A stretch of 64,000 nucleotides of DNA from an uncultured Candidatus Micrarchaeota archaeon (lineage in GTDB: Archaea; Micrarchaeota; Micrarchaeia; Anstonellales; Bilamarchaeaceae), in contig OY970229.1 of assembly GCA_963714085.1 (NCBI GenBank), positions 96,001-160,000 of the forward strand, given 5' to 3'. The position numbers and the translations under genes are program-made. Under the pieces are notes generated by a model. The model was not told where the DNA came from. It did not search any database and saw nothing but the letters and a program-made list of their open reading frames with translations. Positions 10,901 through 19,237 of this stretch are shown in pieces (the stretch's first letter is position 1; each line of letters starts with the position of its first letter).

Positions 10901-11563
10901 GCGCACGAACTTCTGGATGAAAGACTCGCGGGGAGTCGGGGTATCATTGGCCATCCAGCTGATGGAGAAGCCTCCGACGTCGTTCAAGGTGTCGTTGACG
11001 CTCAGATTCGTGTAGTTCTCCATGGTGCCTGAAGGATTATCGAAGATCATGCCGGATAGGCTGACCGAGAACGGGTTGCCGATATCGTCATGGACTATCA
11101 GGTCGTTGGTGTTGTTGGAGAAGTACTGGCCCTGCACCACGGTCTGGTCGGAGTCCTGTATATACAATCCGGTATTGGAATTGTTCATTGCTGCGTCATT
11201 GATCAGGCTGATGATTGCTGACTGGTAGACGAAGATGCCATTGGAGTAGCCGGAAATCCCCGGGCAGTTCTGTATCGTGACGTTGCTGACCTCCGAGGGG
11301 ACCGCGATGCCGTAGGTGGTGCCGCCCGTGCCGTCATTTATTATGTAGTGGCCGTCGCAGTCTAAGACGACGTCAGAAGCCAAGATCTTCACGCAGGCCA
11401 AGCCGCCATCGGGCATCTCTGAAGCGCTGTTGGGGGCTCCGGTCAGGTCCGCCGTCAGCGTGTAAGAGTCAGAGGCGCTTATCACCTGGCAGCTTCCGAT
11501 TCCGGTCGGGTACGATACGCCCATCAGGAGCAGGAACACCACGAGGACAAAAATGGATTTCAT
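1919..11563 (-). CDS. Giant cell-surface adhesin-like glycoprotein: 3 beta-helix modules, 17 HYR-like repeats, Cys-rich region, C-terminal TM anchor
   Basis: Likely start MKSIFVLVVFLLLMG (signal peptide) at 11563. NN-rich PbH1 repeats; ~79-80 aa repeats PPTISG...D.....C.P.SGS.FPIG.T.V.C.ATD.YGN; C-terminal hydrophobic helix plus basic tail; very many N-x-S/T sequons. Confidence 0.9.
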   Translation of the reverse strand: MKSIFVLVVFLLLMGVSYPTGIGSCQVISASDSYTLTADLTGAPNSASEMPDGGLACVKILASDVVLDCDGHYIINDGTGGTTYGIAVPSEVSNVTIQNCPGISGYSNGIFVYQSAIISLINDAAMNNSNTGLYIQDSDQTVVQGQYFSNNTNDLIVHDDIGNPFSVSLSGMIFDNPSGTMENYTNLSVNDTLNDVGGFSISWMANDTPTPRESFIQKFVRIDLYASPPLTIDSAVWSWTATEALGYNESNLSLWNGLYGGYWYVVNETPDTSSHTLALTNFTPAGEYGILQGGIISVGCPVISSGGTYTQGMDYVGEPNDASPLAGSACVEITASDVVYNCNGHSITNGGTGGPTYGILLVGPLTDVTVENCPWISRYEDGIYANQSDGSEFTNINAYYNRGAGIVLDSSDSNALHGNDFSNNSFSNANGIYLNKSNNNRIYDNHLDYDSDYSIGLGGYNNDTDSSSNNVIYDNSIDHNNDYGIFFGFGSNNNTLYNNSVSNDSNIGLVLDTSSNNTIANNTFTNGGYSAIALYSSSDQNTLDDNSIYNNEDAIALDNSSQETISGNRVNNNSYGGIHSSSPPTDNTAIYNNDLDGNNLGIEITGSNNNITNNSCDNESYEGIGLSGGNNTLSNNSADNNGDDGIGLGGDNNTLYGNSADNNAWDGIGLYGGNNSLSNNSADNNGHTGITISGTNNSMDDNRATNNSHVGLSMGSDQTSVTGQYLSNNGYDLDVADYSGPPITINLSGIVFDNPTGSMENFTNLSINDIVNNGEEYAINWTANETAPPYQPFAQTFVNISALSPPVSIDSIVWSWTDGEANGYDQSTFQLWVYNSSGWTPLNVTPDLSSDTLALTDLSPGSDYGIFGNSTINCPVINESGTYTQDMNYTGAPNGAPELSGTVCVKIAASDVVFDCNGYSIANNGTAGTTFGIAINGSLTNVTVENCAGISGYYYGIYTGSLSGGDISNNSVYNDTDTCIASLGTGNVYSNNSVSQCFNGFYASGASASIFSGNTVYNDSYAGFRIESGASDNTFTDNVVLGNADYGFYLGGLANNNSFSGNNVSGGSEGFHLISCENNTFTGNNAYNNTLYGFAISCTNDTYLYNNAYNNTQYGFRLFDANGNTFIGNSAYNNTGSPGNPAYGMAIISQFGGSAGNQFWNTTLFRNDYDFYAYSNNGVTYNMANTTFLDPSGSMANTSLSINDSLAAGGESYTINWSRNSTALPASAPISFNKFVDIKNQSAGVSIDSVTWSWQDSELSGYNDTKFELWESDASGWTRLNNTPDTVADTLGFTGLIPSSTYGILQNNVTTIPTINLMFPPDAYITNSGSIDFAFNASDDYYPTLSCSLYLDGNLNQTNATTQNSTATDFPLLGIADGYHNWFINCTDLANETNFSETRSFTVDTIPPVISGISNITQTATNLTNNVTYSPTAKDEYNVSVPVICNPVSGSMFPIGNTTVNCNATDIYGNTANASFRVTENPGTTPPTISGISNINDTATNYTGSTETYSPTATDEYNVSVPVICNPVSGSMFPIGNTTVNCTATDIYGNQANESFNVTENPGTVAPIISGISNINDTATNYTGSTETYSPTAKDEYNVSVPVICNPVSGSMFPIGNTTVNCTATDIYGNQANESFNVTENPGTTPPTFSGISNINDTATNYTGSTETYSPTAKDEYNVSVPVLCTPVSGSLFPIGNTTVNCNATDIYGNTANASFRVTENPGTTPPTISGISNITQTATNLTNNVTYSPTATDEYNVSVPVICNPVSGSMFPIGNTTVNCNATDIYGNTANASFRVTENPGTTPPTISGISNITQTATNLTNNVTYSPTATDEYNVSVPVICNPVSGSMFPIGNTTVNCTATDIYGNQANESFNVTENPGTVAPIISGISNINDTATNYTGSTETYSPTAKDEYNVSVPVLCTPVSGSLFPIGNTTVNCNATDIYGNTANASFRVTENPGTTPPTISGISNITQTATNLTNNVTYSPTAKDEYNVSVPVLCTPVSGSLFPIGNTTVNCNATDIYGNTANASFRVTENPGTTPPTISGISNITNTATNLTNNVTYSPTAKDEYNVSVPVLCTPVSGSLFPIGNTTVNCNATDIYGNTANASFRVTENPGTTPPTISGISNINVTTATSNGTIETYAPTAKDEYNVSINVSCVPPSGSMFPIGTTPVNCSATDPYGNTANASFNVTVNPIIAPLTLSPSSVAQGQSLNGTITGLAPISPFGSVIISTTYNSSPLLTTAPIPALSLLEASNTSLGNGIVLVDCPFGSAQFTPPGYPGGALDNITCLVSTSFPTTSIGTYGLTVSFYTSGNGTGNPSVISTGTLTVVAVPPIPPTISGISNITNTATNLTNNVTYSPTAKDEYNVSVPVICNPVSGSMFPIGNTTVNCNATDIYGNTANASFRVTENPGTTPPTISGISNITQTATNLTNNVTYSPTAKDEYNVSVPVICNPVSGSMFPIGNTTVNCNATDIYGNTANASFRVTENPGTTPPTISGISNITNTATNLTNNVTYSPTAKDEYNVSVPVICNPVSGSMFPIGNTTVNCNATDIYGNTANASFRVTENPGTTPPTISGISNITQTATNLTNNVTYSPTAKDEYNVSVPVLCTPVSGSLFPIGNTTVNCNATDIYGNTANASFRVTENPGTTPPTISGISNITQTATNLTNNVTYSPTATDEYNVSVPVLCTPVSGSLFPIGNTTVNCNATDIYGNTANASFRVTENPGTTPPTISGISNITQTATNLTNNVTYSPTAKDEYNVSVPVLCTPVSGSLFPIGNTTVNCNATDIYGNTANASFRVTENPGTTPPTISGISNITDTTANPLGATEIYTPTATDEYGQLVNVSCTPVSGSLFPIGTTQVNCTATDAYSNTANASFNVTEILSVAPSSPPSGGVSLAAMSLSYSIAPCPANQVTITSSSGEGANIRLLLTSPYGGLVEQQTTGSDGTATFSLAANGTYEADASRSGYRPTSITFAFTTCPAATANITPPITPVAPVNQTLNCTSDADCADNQLCNIPPGANMGNCQNITGCGKAANHVLVPYQCGSGSNCPQCGYGQMCMANICRSFDLTGPSSGFVGENTSVQAMKDNSVCMDCDIRITDPTGNVISGKTDSAGDFSLQLVYAGAYDVSYIENGTVVRTLQIEALPGAAPVQQPPHPSTTAGFNAGLVIWPLLLLVLVIIIAAIAYWMLRSKPKGSYGSKGPKRT
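2900..7354 (-). repeat. Coding tandem repeat array, 237/240-nt units (10 + 7 HYR-like domains) split by a unique ~140-aa Ig-like insert at ~4555-4972
   Basis: Near-identical DNA units recur every 237 or 240 nt; 17 copies counted in the translation. Confidence 0.95.
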
Positions 11564-11628
11564 ATTGCCCCTATCGGAATTAACTTTATTAATGTTGCTC
11601 ATCGAGCACCCGGCATCGCGACGCAGCC

Positions 11629-12336
11629 CTAGAGCTTCAAATCCTTGGCCAATCGCACGACCTGGAAGAGCTCGTTGAGCTTCTCGTAGTCGGATATCCT
11701 GCCGATGTCGAACCATACGTCGTCGAAGACGTAGGGCGCGATGCGCTCGCCCTTCTCGAGCATGCGGGGGAAGACGCTCTTCGCGAAGTCCTCCTTCTCG
11801 CGGATGTAGCCGAAGACCTCGGGCTCGAACACGTACATGGCCACGTTGTAGTTCTCCTGCAGCAGGGGCTTCTCCTTGAACGATTTTATGCCGTGAGCGT
11901 CGACCTCCGCGACCCCGTACTCTATTGGGAGCATGTGCTTGAGCAGCGCGATGGTCGCGACCGCCTTCTCTTTCTTATGGTGCTCCACCATGGCCTTGAG
12001 GTCTATGTTCGTGATATGGTCGCCCATGACCACCAGGAAGGTCTCGCTGATCTTCCCCCTGCATGGCAGTATGGAGCCCGCGGTGCTGAGCGGCTCCTTC
12101 TCCACCGAGTACTCTATCTTGACGCCGGAGTCCTTCCCGTCCCCGAAATAACCCTCTATCTGCTCGTGCTTGTAGCCGACCGTGAGCACCAGGTCCTTGA
12201 AGCCGTTCCTCTTCAGGTTCTCTATCACGTACCAGAGTATCGGCTTCCCCCCGACCATGAGCATCGGTTTCGGCGTGTAATATGTGTACGGCTTGAGCCG
12301 GGTGCCTTCCCCACCGCAGAGTACGAATGCCTTCAT
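11629..12336 (-). CDS. Sugar-phosphate nucleotidyltransferase family protein
   Basis: MKAFVLCGGEGTRLKPYTYYTPKPML signature, STAGS, GD, EKP, WFDIG. Alternative GTG start at 12345. Confidence 0.9.
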   Translation of the reverse strand: MKAFVLCGGEGTRLKPYTYYTPKPMLMVGGKPILWYVIENLKRNGFKDLVLTVGYKHEQIEGYFGDGKDSGVKIEYSVEKEPLSTAGSILPCRGKISETFLVVMGDHITNIDLKAMVEHHKKEKAVATIALLKHMLPIEYGVAEVDAHGIKSFKEKPLLQENYNVAMYVFEPEVFGYIREKEDFAKSVFPRMLEKGERIAPYVFDDVWFDIGRISDYEKLNELFQVVRLAKDLKL

Positions 12337-12349
12337 TTCAATCACCTTG

Positions 12350-12967
12350 TCATCTTAGCAGGAAAAAACCTATTAATGCTCCGGTGAGCGAGCACACGAA
12401 GTTCGTGGTGCCCTTGGTGCCCAGCCCCCTCTCCTCCAGGACCCCGAATAGGCTGTCCACCAGGGAGCCGGCGAACCCGGCGAGCCCTATGAATAGCGCG
12501 ACGCTCGCGTTTATGTCGAACACGTACATGGCGCAGAACCCTATGGCGGTCGCCCCGGCCAGCGATGCGACGGTCCCCATGAGCGTGATCGCGCCGCTCC
12601 GGCCGGGCTTGGCGGGCTTCATGGTCGCCAGGTCCACGGGGTTCCCGCCCAGCACGCCGATCTCGGATGCGAACTTGTCCGCGGTCACGGCCGCCACGCA
12701 GCAGAGGTACGGCATCGGACCGATGGCCGGGTTGATCAGCGCGAGCACGGTCGGCAGGAAGCCGTTCGAGAGCACGTTCTCCCAGCCGCGCTCGTGCTCG
12801 TAGATGCCCATTTCGCGCTTTGATTCGTGCTCGTAGCCGGTAACCGCGAGCGCGAGCACGAAGAAGACGAGCATGAGCGCCAGGTACGGCGCGCCCCCGC
12901 TCCAGAATATGAGGATGCCCATGGCCACCGCGAGGATTATGCCCTCCTTGTCAAGCGGCCTGGCCAC
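12350..12967 (-). CDS. DUF92/TMEM19 family membrane protein
   Basis: RGWENVLSNG, ADKFASEIG, SGAITLMGT, GSLVDSLFG and TNF motifs typical of DUF92. Confidence 0.85.
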   Translation of the reverse strand: MARPLDKEGIILAVAMGILIFWSGGAPYLALMLVFFVLALAVTGYEHESKREMGIYEHERGWENVLSNGFLPTVLALINPAIGPMPYLCCVAAVTADKFASEIGVLGGNPVDLATMKPAKPGRSGAITLMGTVASLAGATAIGFCAMYVFDINASVALFIGLAGFAGSLVDSLFGVLEERGLGTKGTTNFVCSLTGALIGFFLLR

Positions 12968-12995
12968 CCGTTCACCTTTTGGGACTAAGAAAAGA

Positions 12996-13304
12996 TCATT
13001 TGACCAGCGTTATCTCGATGGCCGAGACCTTGGACAGCGAGCCGTCCTCGGAGGTCAGCTCCTCGGTCGAGATGTTGATGCCCTTGAGCTGGGCGTTCGG
13101 CATGAACCTGTGCCTCACGATCTCCGCGACGTCCACGGCCCTGGAGATCAGCTTGCCCCTGGCCTTGACCGAGACCTCGTTCGCGCCGTTGTTGAACTGG
13201 GTCACGACCGCCAGCACGTAGCCCATCGCGCTTTTCTTCCCGACGTAGACTATGTTGTCGTCCCTTCTCCGTTCTGGCAATTCTTCCTGCGCTTCGGTTT
13301 CCAT
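12996..13304 (-). CDS. alba: DNA/RNA-binding chromatin protein Alba
   Basis: [19 protein letters not shown]...[19 protein letters not shown]...VSAIEITL. True start at METEAQ; the track ORF is over-extended into rli. Confidence 0.95.
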   Translation of the reverse strand: METEAQEELPERRRDDNIVYVGKKSAMGYVLAVVTQFNNGANEVSVKARGKLISRAVDVAEIVRHRFMPNAQLKGINISTEELTSEDGSLSKVSAIEITLVK

Positions 13305-13389
13305 TGAAATACCCCCCTGCTCGTTGATGAAGTCGTAGAACTTAGCTAAGACAAGTAATTTAAAGGTTTGTCCGGTCCAATCCACTCTT

Positions 13390-15156
13390 ATGCCTACGAG
13401 AATCGCAGTGATAGACAGGAACATCTGCATCAGGGCCAAGTGCGGGTACCTCTGTGCCAAGGTCTGCCCGCCGAACAGGATGGGGGAGGAATGCATCACC
13501 GTGGAGAAGGAGAGCGACTTCCCGGTCATATCCGAGGAGCTCTGCATAGGCTGCGGGCTCTGCGTGAAGAAGTGCCCTGTCAGCTGCATCACCATCATAA
13601 ACCTCGCCGGCGAGCTGGAGGACCCGATATACCAGTACGGCATCAACGCCTTCAGGCTCTACGGGCTCCCGCTGCCCAAGGAGGGCGGCGCGGTGTCGCT
13701 CGTGGGCAAGAACGGCATAGGGAAGACGACCGCGATCAGGCTGCTGAGCAGGCAGCTGAGGCCGAATTTCGCGTCCTTCGGAACCGAACTCACGGACGCC
13801 CAGATGCTGGGGAAGCTGTCCATGGAGGTGCGCCGCTATTTCGAGGGGCTGACCGGCGAGCTGAGGATAAGCTCCAAGCCGCAGTACATAGACAGGATAA
13901 GGGAGCTCTCCAAGGGGACCGTGCGCACCCTGCTCAAGAGCTCCAAGGCCGGCGATGCGAAGATAGAGGAGGCGGTGAGGACATTCGCACTTGACGAGAT
14001 ACTCTCGCGCCGCATCTCCCAGCTGAGCGGCGGGGAGCTGCAGAAGGCCGCCATCGCGACCGCCTGGCTCAAGGACGCGGACATCTACTATTTCGACGAG
14101 GTGACCAATTACCTCGACATAGAGGAGCGCCTGCGCATGGCGGTGATACTCCGGGACCTTGCCGAGCGCAAGAGCGTGCTCATGGCGGAGCACGACCTCA
14201 CGATACTGGATTATGTCAGCACCTACGTATATCTCTTGTATGGCGAGGAGAACACCTACGGTGTGGTCTCCCACGTGAAGAACGCCCGCTCCGGGATAAA
14301 CGAGTACCTGGGCGGCTTCCTCAAAGACGAGAACGTCAGGTTCCGCGACATCGAGATAGAGTTCAGCAGGCACAGCGAGTCCGAGATAAAGACCGCCGCG
14401 GTGCTCAAGTACGAGCCGCTCTCCAAGTCCTTCGGCAGCGGAGGCGGGTTCTCATTCACGTCGGATGCGGGCGAGCTGAGGAAGGGGGAGATACTCGGCC
14501 TGGTGGGCAAGAACGCCTTGGGGAAATCGCTCTTCGTCAAGATGCTCGCGGGCGTGGAGAAGCCGGATTCCGGCCTGGCGATAAGCAAGAAGGTCTCCTA
14601 CAAGCCGCAGTACATATCCGCGGAGGAGGTCCAGGTGCAGGAGATGTTCGCGTCGCGGAAGATAGAAGGCGCGGTGTTCGAGGAGGCCAAGAGGAGGCTG
14701 AAGCTCGGCCCGCTCATGGAGAAGAAACTGACCGAGCTCTCCGGAGGGGAGTTGCAGCGGGTCGCGTGCACGCTCGCGCTCAGCCAGGAGGCGGACATCT
14801 ATCTTTTCGACGAGCCGAGCGCGTTCCTTGACATCGAGCAGAGGTTCGAGTTCGCGAAGCTGCTCCGCAGCGTGATAAGCGAGTCGGAGAAAGCCGCGTT
14901 CGTGGTCGACCACGACATCGTGTTCGTGGACGCGATCGCGAACAGATTGGTTGTTTTCGACGGCCACAGCTCTGTGAAAGGACATGCGTCCAAGCCCATG
15001 GACAAGCGCGAGGGCATGAACGGGTTCCTGAAAGTCGCGGGCGTGACCATGAGGCGCGACAAGGACACGAACCGGCCGAGGATAAACAAGCCCGGGAGCC
15101 AGCTGGACGCCGAGCAGAAGGCCGCTGGCGAGTACTTCTATTTCGAGAGGAAATGA
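13390..15156 (+). CDS. rli: Ribosome recycling ATPase ABCE1/RLI
   Basis: N-terminal 2x[4Fe-4S] Cys motifs ([12 protein letters not shown]), two ABC domains with LSGGELQ, C-terminal RPRINKPGS. Confidence 0.97.
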   Translation: MPTRIAVIDRNICIRAKCGYLCAKVCPPNRMGEECITVEKESDFPVISEELCIGCGLCVKKCPVSCITIINLAGELEDPIYQYGINAFRLYGLPLPKEGGAVSLVGKNGIGKTTAIRLLSRQLRPNFASFGTELTDAQMLGKLSMEVRRYFEGLTGELRISSKPQYIDRIRELSKGTVRTLLKSSKAGDAKIEEAVRTFALDEILSRRISQLSGGELQKAAIATAWLKDADIYYFDEVTNYLDIEERLRMAVILRDLAERKSVLMAEHDLTILDYVSTYVYLLYGEENTYGVVSHVKNARSGINEYLGGFLKDENVRFRDIEIEFSRHSESEIKTAAVLKYEPLSKSFGSGGGFSFTSDAGELRKGEILGLVGKNALGKSLFVKMLAGVEKPDSGLAISKKVSYKPQYISAEEVQVQEMFASRKIEGAVFEEAKRRLKLGPLMEKKLTELSGGELQRVACTLALSQEADIYLFDEPSAFLDIEQRFEFAKLLRSVISESEKAAFVVDHDIVFVDAIANRLVVFDGHSSVKGHASKPMDKREGMNGFLKVAGVTMRRDKDTNRPRINKPGSQLDAEQKAAGEYFYFERK

Positions 15157-15163
15157 GCCGGGT

Positions 15164-16006
15164 TCAATAGAAGCGTATGTCGGTCAAAAGTGTATTGCCC
15201 ATCTGCCCGAGGGATACGGTCACCCTGCCATCGCCAAGGCCGAACTCCCTCTGTTCGCCGACATGCAGGCCGAAATGCCTCGCGTAGGGGACGTCCGGGG
15301 TCGGGTGCCCGAAACAAAGGCAGAAACCCCTGTCTTCCTTATGCGCTTGGGGATCCACGTAGAACAGTATGTATCCCTGGCCCGCATTCGTGACCGCTCT
15401 GTTCTCGATGCGGAACATGGCGCCGCCCTGCATGATGAAGAACCCGTGGCCAAGGTCGCCAAGCCTGACATTGGAGGGGCTTTCCACGAGCAGCTGGTTT
15501 GAAAGGACGGCGCTGCGCCTTGCCGCCGCATCGTCCGTTTTCACCGGCGTCGCTTCGCGGGACGAGAATCTAGGGATCACGGTTGCTGCCGGTTCCCCCA
15601 CCTCGGCCTCCATGAGGCCGTGTTTTCCGGAAACCTTTATCAGCAGCCCCTCGTCGGAAACAAACGAGAAACTCCCCCCGCCGAGGCTCACTCCGCCGCA
15701 CTCCTGGGTGGTGCCTGAGGCAGTATGCTGGATCCTGAACTGCGGATGGCCATGCAAGCTATTGAGGACGATGGAGCATGAGGGGATTATCCCCATGACA
15801 TCCCCTTCCCGGGAGGCCGACGTGAACAGGCTGACCTTGCGTCCGACCAGATGCGCCGCATCCTCAGTGGCGGCGGGGACCGGGGCGGCCTGCGGATCGC
15901 TGCGCCCGAATGTCCTCACGCTGGATCGGAGTGCGGCTCCAAGTCTGGCGACGGCGTCGCCATCACTGTGCGGGGTCGGGACGGTTTTCTGGGTTGGGTT
16001 GACCAT
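15164..16006 (-). CDS. Hypothetical protein (orphan)
   Basis: 280-aa ORF filling the gap between genes; TTTTTATATA box ~30 nt upstream of its ATG; no recognised motif. Confidence 0.65.
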   Translation of the reverse strand: MVNPTQKTVPTPHSDGDAVARLGAALRSSVRTFGRSDPQAAPVPAATEDAAHLVGRKVSLFTSASREGDVMGIIPSCSIVLNSLHGHPQFRIQHTASGTTQECGGVSLGGGSFSFVSDEGLLIKVSGKHGLMEAEVGEPAATVIPRFSSREATPVKTDDAAARRSAVLSNQLLVESPSNVRLGDLGHGFFIMQGGAMFRIENRAVTNAGQGYILFYVDPQAHKEDRGFCLCFGHPTPDVPYARHFGLHVGEQREFGLGDGRVTVSLGQMGNTLLTDIRFY

Positions 16007-16111
16007 AGATCATCGTATTGATTGTGTTCCAAAGTATATAAAAAAGTATCTTTTGTGGGAATCGTGACTTCGAAATATAAATGTTACTACTTATGATATA
16101 TCTTGATTACT

Positions 16112-17146
16112 ATGCGGAGAAACACACCTGTTACAATATCCAAGACATCCATGATAGCCTTGTCCGTCGCCGCGCTCACGGTTTTCGGGGCCTGGAAGGC
16201 CGGCGCCGATCCCGATCATGCCAAGAAGCCGGACCCGGTCCAGAAAGCGGCGGATGTCCCTGCCGCAACGCTCACCCCGGAGCACTGCACCGTCCATCCC
16301 GAGCTCGAGCTCTACGCGGGCAAGCGGAAGCTGGACCCGAAGCTCGTGCGCGCCGTGGCCATAGCGGAGAGCAACCTGGACGCATGCGCGGCCGCACGCG
16401 CAGGAAGCAGCTGGGGCCCGAACTGCTATTCGCTCGGCTATGATTATGTGCCTGACCCGGAGTCCAGATGCAACAACGCCTCCGAGAGCCCGGGACAGGC
16501 CGGCTCGCCCCTCTGGCGCTACTGCGGCCTGGGGCTCATGCAGACCCTGGAGCCCCCTTACACTTTCTGGCCCGCACTAGTTCCGGACGGGAAATACGGC
16601 CCGTACAGCTCCGGCGGCCAGAAGCAGCTCTTCCAGGAGGCGCAGCTCAGAGGCAGGATGAGCTTCCTGCTGGACGCGAAGGCGTGCTCGCCAGCGTTCA
16701 ATCCGTTCAATCCGGAGCACTCCGCCTGCCTGGGGACCCACAAGCTCGCGGCAGCCATGGACGGGGCGGGGAAGCTGGCTGAGTCCAGCACGCAGGAGCT
16801 CGGGAATCCTGGCCTGGCGGCAACGAAAGCGATAACGGCGTATCTCGCGCTGCACTACTACTACGGCGACGGCGGCTATGCCCAGGGCTGGATAGCCGAG
16901 TTCGGAAGGCGCCGCGCGCAGACAAAGGAGTTCTGCGACAGGAAAGCTAGGAAGAAGGACCCGGTATGCGTGGAGCGGAAAATCTCCGCGCGCCCGGAAT
17001 GCTACGGCATGGACGATTTCATCGCGTTCGTGCGGGAGTGCAGGTTCCGGGACGGCCCGGGGCAGAGCGAAGCGCCGTTCTACGGGGACTACGGCTCTAA
17101 GGTCCTCTCCGTGGCCAGGGGATTGGAGAACACCTGCGGGAAATAG
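16112..17146 (+). CDS. Secreted lytic transglycosylase (SLT/GH23)-like protein, Cys-rich
   Basis: Signal/TM segment (MIALSVAALTVFGAWKAGA); LDPKLVRAVAIAES (motif I with catalytic Glu), GLGLMQ (motif II), FNPEHSACLGTHKL, ALHYYYGDG (AYNxG-like). Confidence 0.75.
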   Translation: MRRNTPVTISKTSMIALSVAALTVFGAWKAGADPDHAKKPDPVQKAADVPAATLTPEHCTVHPELELYAGKRKLDPKLVRAVAIAESNLDACAAARAGSSWGPNCYSLGYDYVPDPESRCNNASESPGQAGSPLWRYCGLGLMQTLEPPYTFWPALVPDGKYGPYSSGGQKQLFQEAQLRGRMSFLLDAKACSPAFNPFNPEHSACLGTHKLAAAMDGAGKLAESSTQELGNPGLAATKAITAYLALHYYYGDGGYAQGWIAEFGRRRAQTKEFCDRKARKKDPVCVERKISARPECYGMDDFIAFVRECRFRDGPGQSEAPFYGDYGSKVLSVARGLENTCGK

Positions 17147-17244
17147 GAGCGGGAGGCTGCTTTTTAGTTTGTGCTCTTTATGTGTAAATTAGTGGAAAGG
17201 AAGGTTTATAATATGTTTATGCCTTACCTATAAATGGCGCAGTC

Positions 17245-19068
17245 ATGGGATCCAAACTCAGAAGTGATGCTAGAGGCAACGACACCAGGCCTAGCGCCAG
17301 CCCGGACATCTCAGCTGCGATAAGGGCATCAAAAAGAGGACCTGATAGGAACAGCGCCGCATTCAATGACGATTCCAGATTGGTAGTCAACGCAGGCAAG
17401 ATAACGACCTTGATCACGGACCTCGACCGTACACTCTGGGAGGGTGTTCTCGCAGAGAAGCAGAAGGTGAGGGTAAACGACGAGTACTACGACTTTTTGA
17501 GATCGTTGCATAGAAAAGGGATAACTGTATTTGCCGTATCGAAGAACGACGAAGAGGAGGTAAATGCGGCATTTGACAGGCTGGCGATAGACAAGGGATT
17601 GTTCACTGCGGTCATCGCGAACTGGGATCCGAAATATTTAACGATAGAGAGGCTTGTCCAGTGCACCGGATTAAGGCCTGAAACCGTCGTATTGGTAGAT
17701 GATAATCCATTGGAAAGGACCGAGGTGAAGGCCCGGACTCCGCAGATATACTGCATTGATAGTTCCAATTGGGATGTGTTACGCGGAGTCCCGTATATCA
17801 TGCGGCGCAGGAACCAGGCATCGAGCGAGATACGGTCCAGGGCCAACCGCTACAAAACCGCCATCTATGCCTCGGATTCGAGACTCCGGGCTGCTGATGA
17901 CGCCGAATTTTACCGGGGATTGAAAAGAGAGATCAGCATCGGCCAGATAGGCGTGGATGATATCGGCCGTTATACCCGCCTGCTGGTGGAGACGCATCGC
18001 ATCAACTTCAATCCAGGGAAATTCGCTGAGTACGGCGCAGCGCTGGAATATCTGCACGAAAGGTTGAACGCGGGGGACAGGTTATTCGCGATTTCCACCA
18101 AAGAGCGCGGCATGTCATTGGGGCTCACCGGGGCCCTGGTCGTGCATCACGAAAACGGCCGGGCCCGGATTACCGACGGGACCTTTTCCTGCGGCATAAT
18201 CGGCAGGGATTTCGAGCAGAGGTCCATCCTTGCGTTGATTGAGATCCTGAAACGGGAGGCCGTAGCCACGCTCGAGGTCTGCGTGACCCCCACAGGGACG
18301 AACAAGCGGATGAAAGACATACTGGTCAGCCTTGGTTTTTCGGAAGAAAGACAAGAAGATGGCAAAATCATATACTCGATGGATATCACGCACTACGCAC
18401 CCAAAGAGACTTATGGCTGGATCGCATTGAGCACCGAAGCTCCGGAATTGGACTATGAGGGTCATCCTGCGGTAATCGGATTTTTCGATGCGCACGTCAA
18501 GCCGCTGATCCGGGAAAGATCCAACCTGGTGAACATCGGTTCAAGCCGCGGGGAGGTCCTGGGTTTCCTTCAAGATGACGTCCGGGAGGAGTTTGACCGG
18601 TTTTTAGCTGCCAGAAAGGCGAATTATCTGAAGATAGACAAAATCGCATACCCGGGCGAGGATAACATTGTCGCTGACGCAGAGGATCTCAAGGGAATCG
18701 TACCCAACAGAAGCCAGGACCTGGTGATGGCAGTCGAATTGCTCGAGCACACGGAGCATTTCTGGCTGGTGATAAACGAGATGAACAGGATTGCCAAACA
18801 GGACGGCCTCATATTCCTGACCGTGCCCTCGTTCAACTATCCGAAACATGAATACCCTATTGATCTCTGGCGTATCGGCCCCGAAACAATCTCCAAATTT
18901 TTCCCTCCCGCATATTTCGAGACCTTGCGTCTTGAGACCGAAGGGATGGAAAAGAGCCCGAGGAGAACGATGATCCTCGTGAGAAAATTAAAGGACGGGT
19001 CCCCGGAGCAAGGCATGCCTGAAGGGGGAAGAACAAACTGGAAAACGGGATTGACTCTTTTCCCCTGA
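17245..19068 (+). CDS. FkbH-like HAD-IIIC phosphatase fused to acyltransferase-like and class I methyltransferase-like domains
   Basis: ITDLDRTLWEG (DxDxT), VSKND, VLVDDNPLER, FSCGIIGR; C-terminal DLVMAVELLEH...GLIFLTVP...HEYPIDLWR. Confidence 0.8.
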   Translation: MGSKLRSDARGNDTRPSASPDISAAIRASKRGPDRNSAAFNDDSRLVVNAGKITTLITDLDRTLWEGVLAEKQKVRVNDEYYDFLRSLHRKGITVFAVSKNDEEEVNAAFDRLAIDKGLFTAVIANWDPKYLTIERLVQCTGLRPETVVLVDDNPLERTEVKARTPQIYCIDSSNWDVLRGVPYIMRRRNQASSEIRSRANRYKTAIYASDSRLRAADDAEFYRGLKREISIGQIGVDDIGRYTRLLVETHRINFNPGKFAEYGAALEYLHERLNAGDRLFAISTKERGMSLGLTGALVVHHENGRARITDGTFSCGIIGRDFEQRSILALIEILKREAVATLEVCVTPTGTNKRMKDILVSLGFSEERQEDGKIIYSMDITHYAPKETYGWIALSTEAPELDYEGHPAVIGFFDAHVKPLIRERSNLVNIGSSRGEVLGFLQDDVREEFDRFLAARKANYLKIDKIAYPGEDNIVADAEDLKGIVPNRSQDLVMAVELLEHTEHFWLVINEMNRIAKQDGLIFLTVPSFNYPKHEYPIDLWRIGPETISKFFPPAYFETLRLETEGMEKSPRRTMILVRKLKDGSPEQGMPEGGRTNWKTGLTLFP

Positions 19069-19237
19069 TACGGCATCTTGGCATGCGGAACCGCGCCGCC
19101 GGACGGCATATTCAAGAATCAACGCAACACATACTTTTCTATAATTTACGTTGATCCGAGAAAAAGGCGTTTAGCGCCCCTTCCGCGCTCCTGCCACGAA
19201 AAAAAAGCTTATAAAACTAGTCTGAGTAAGCCCCCCA

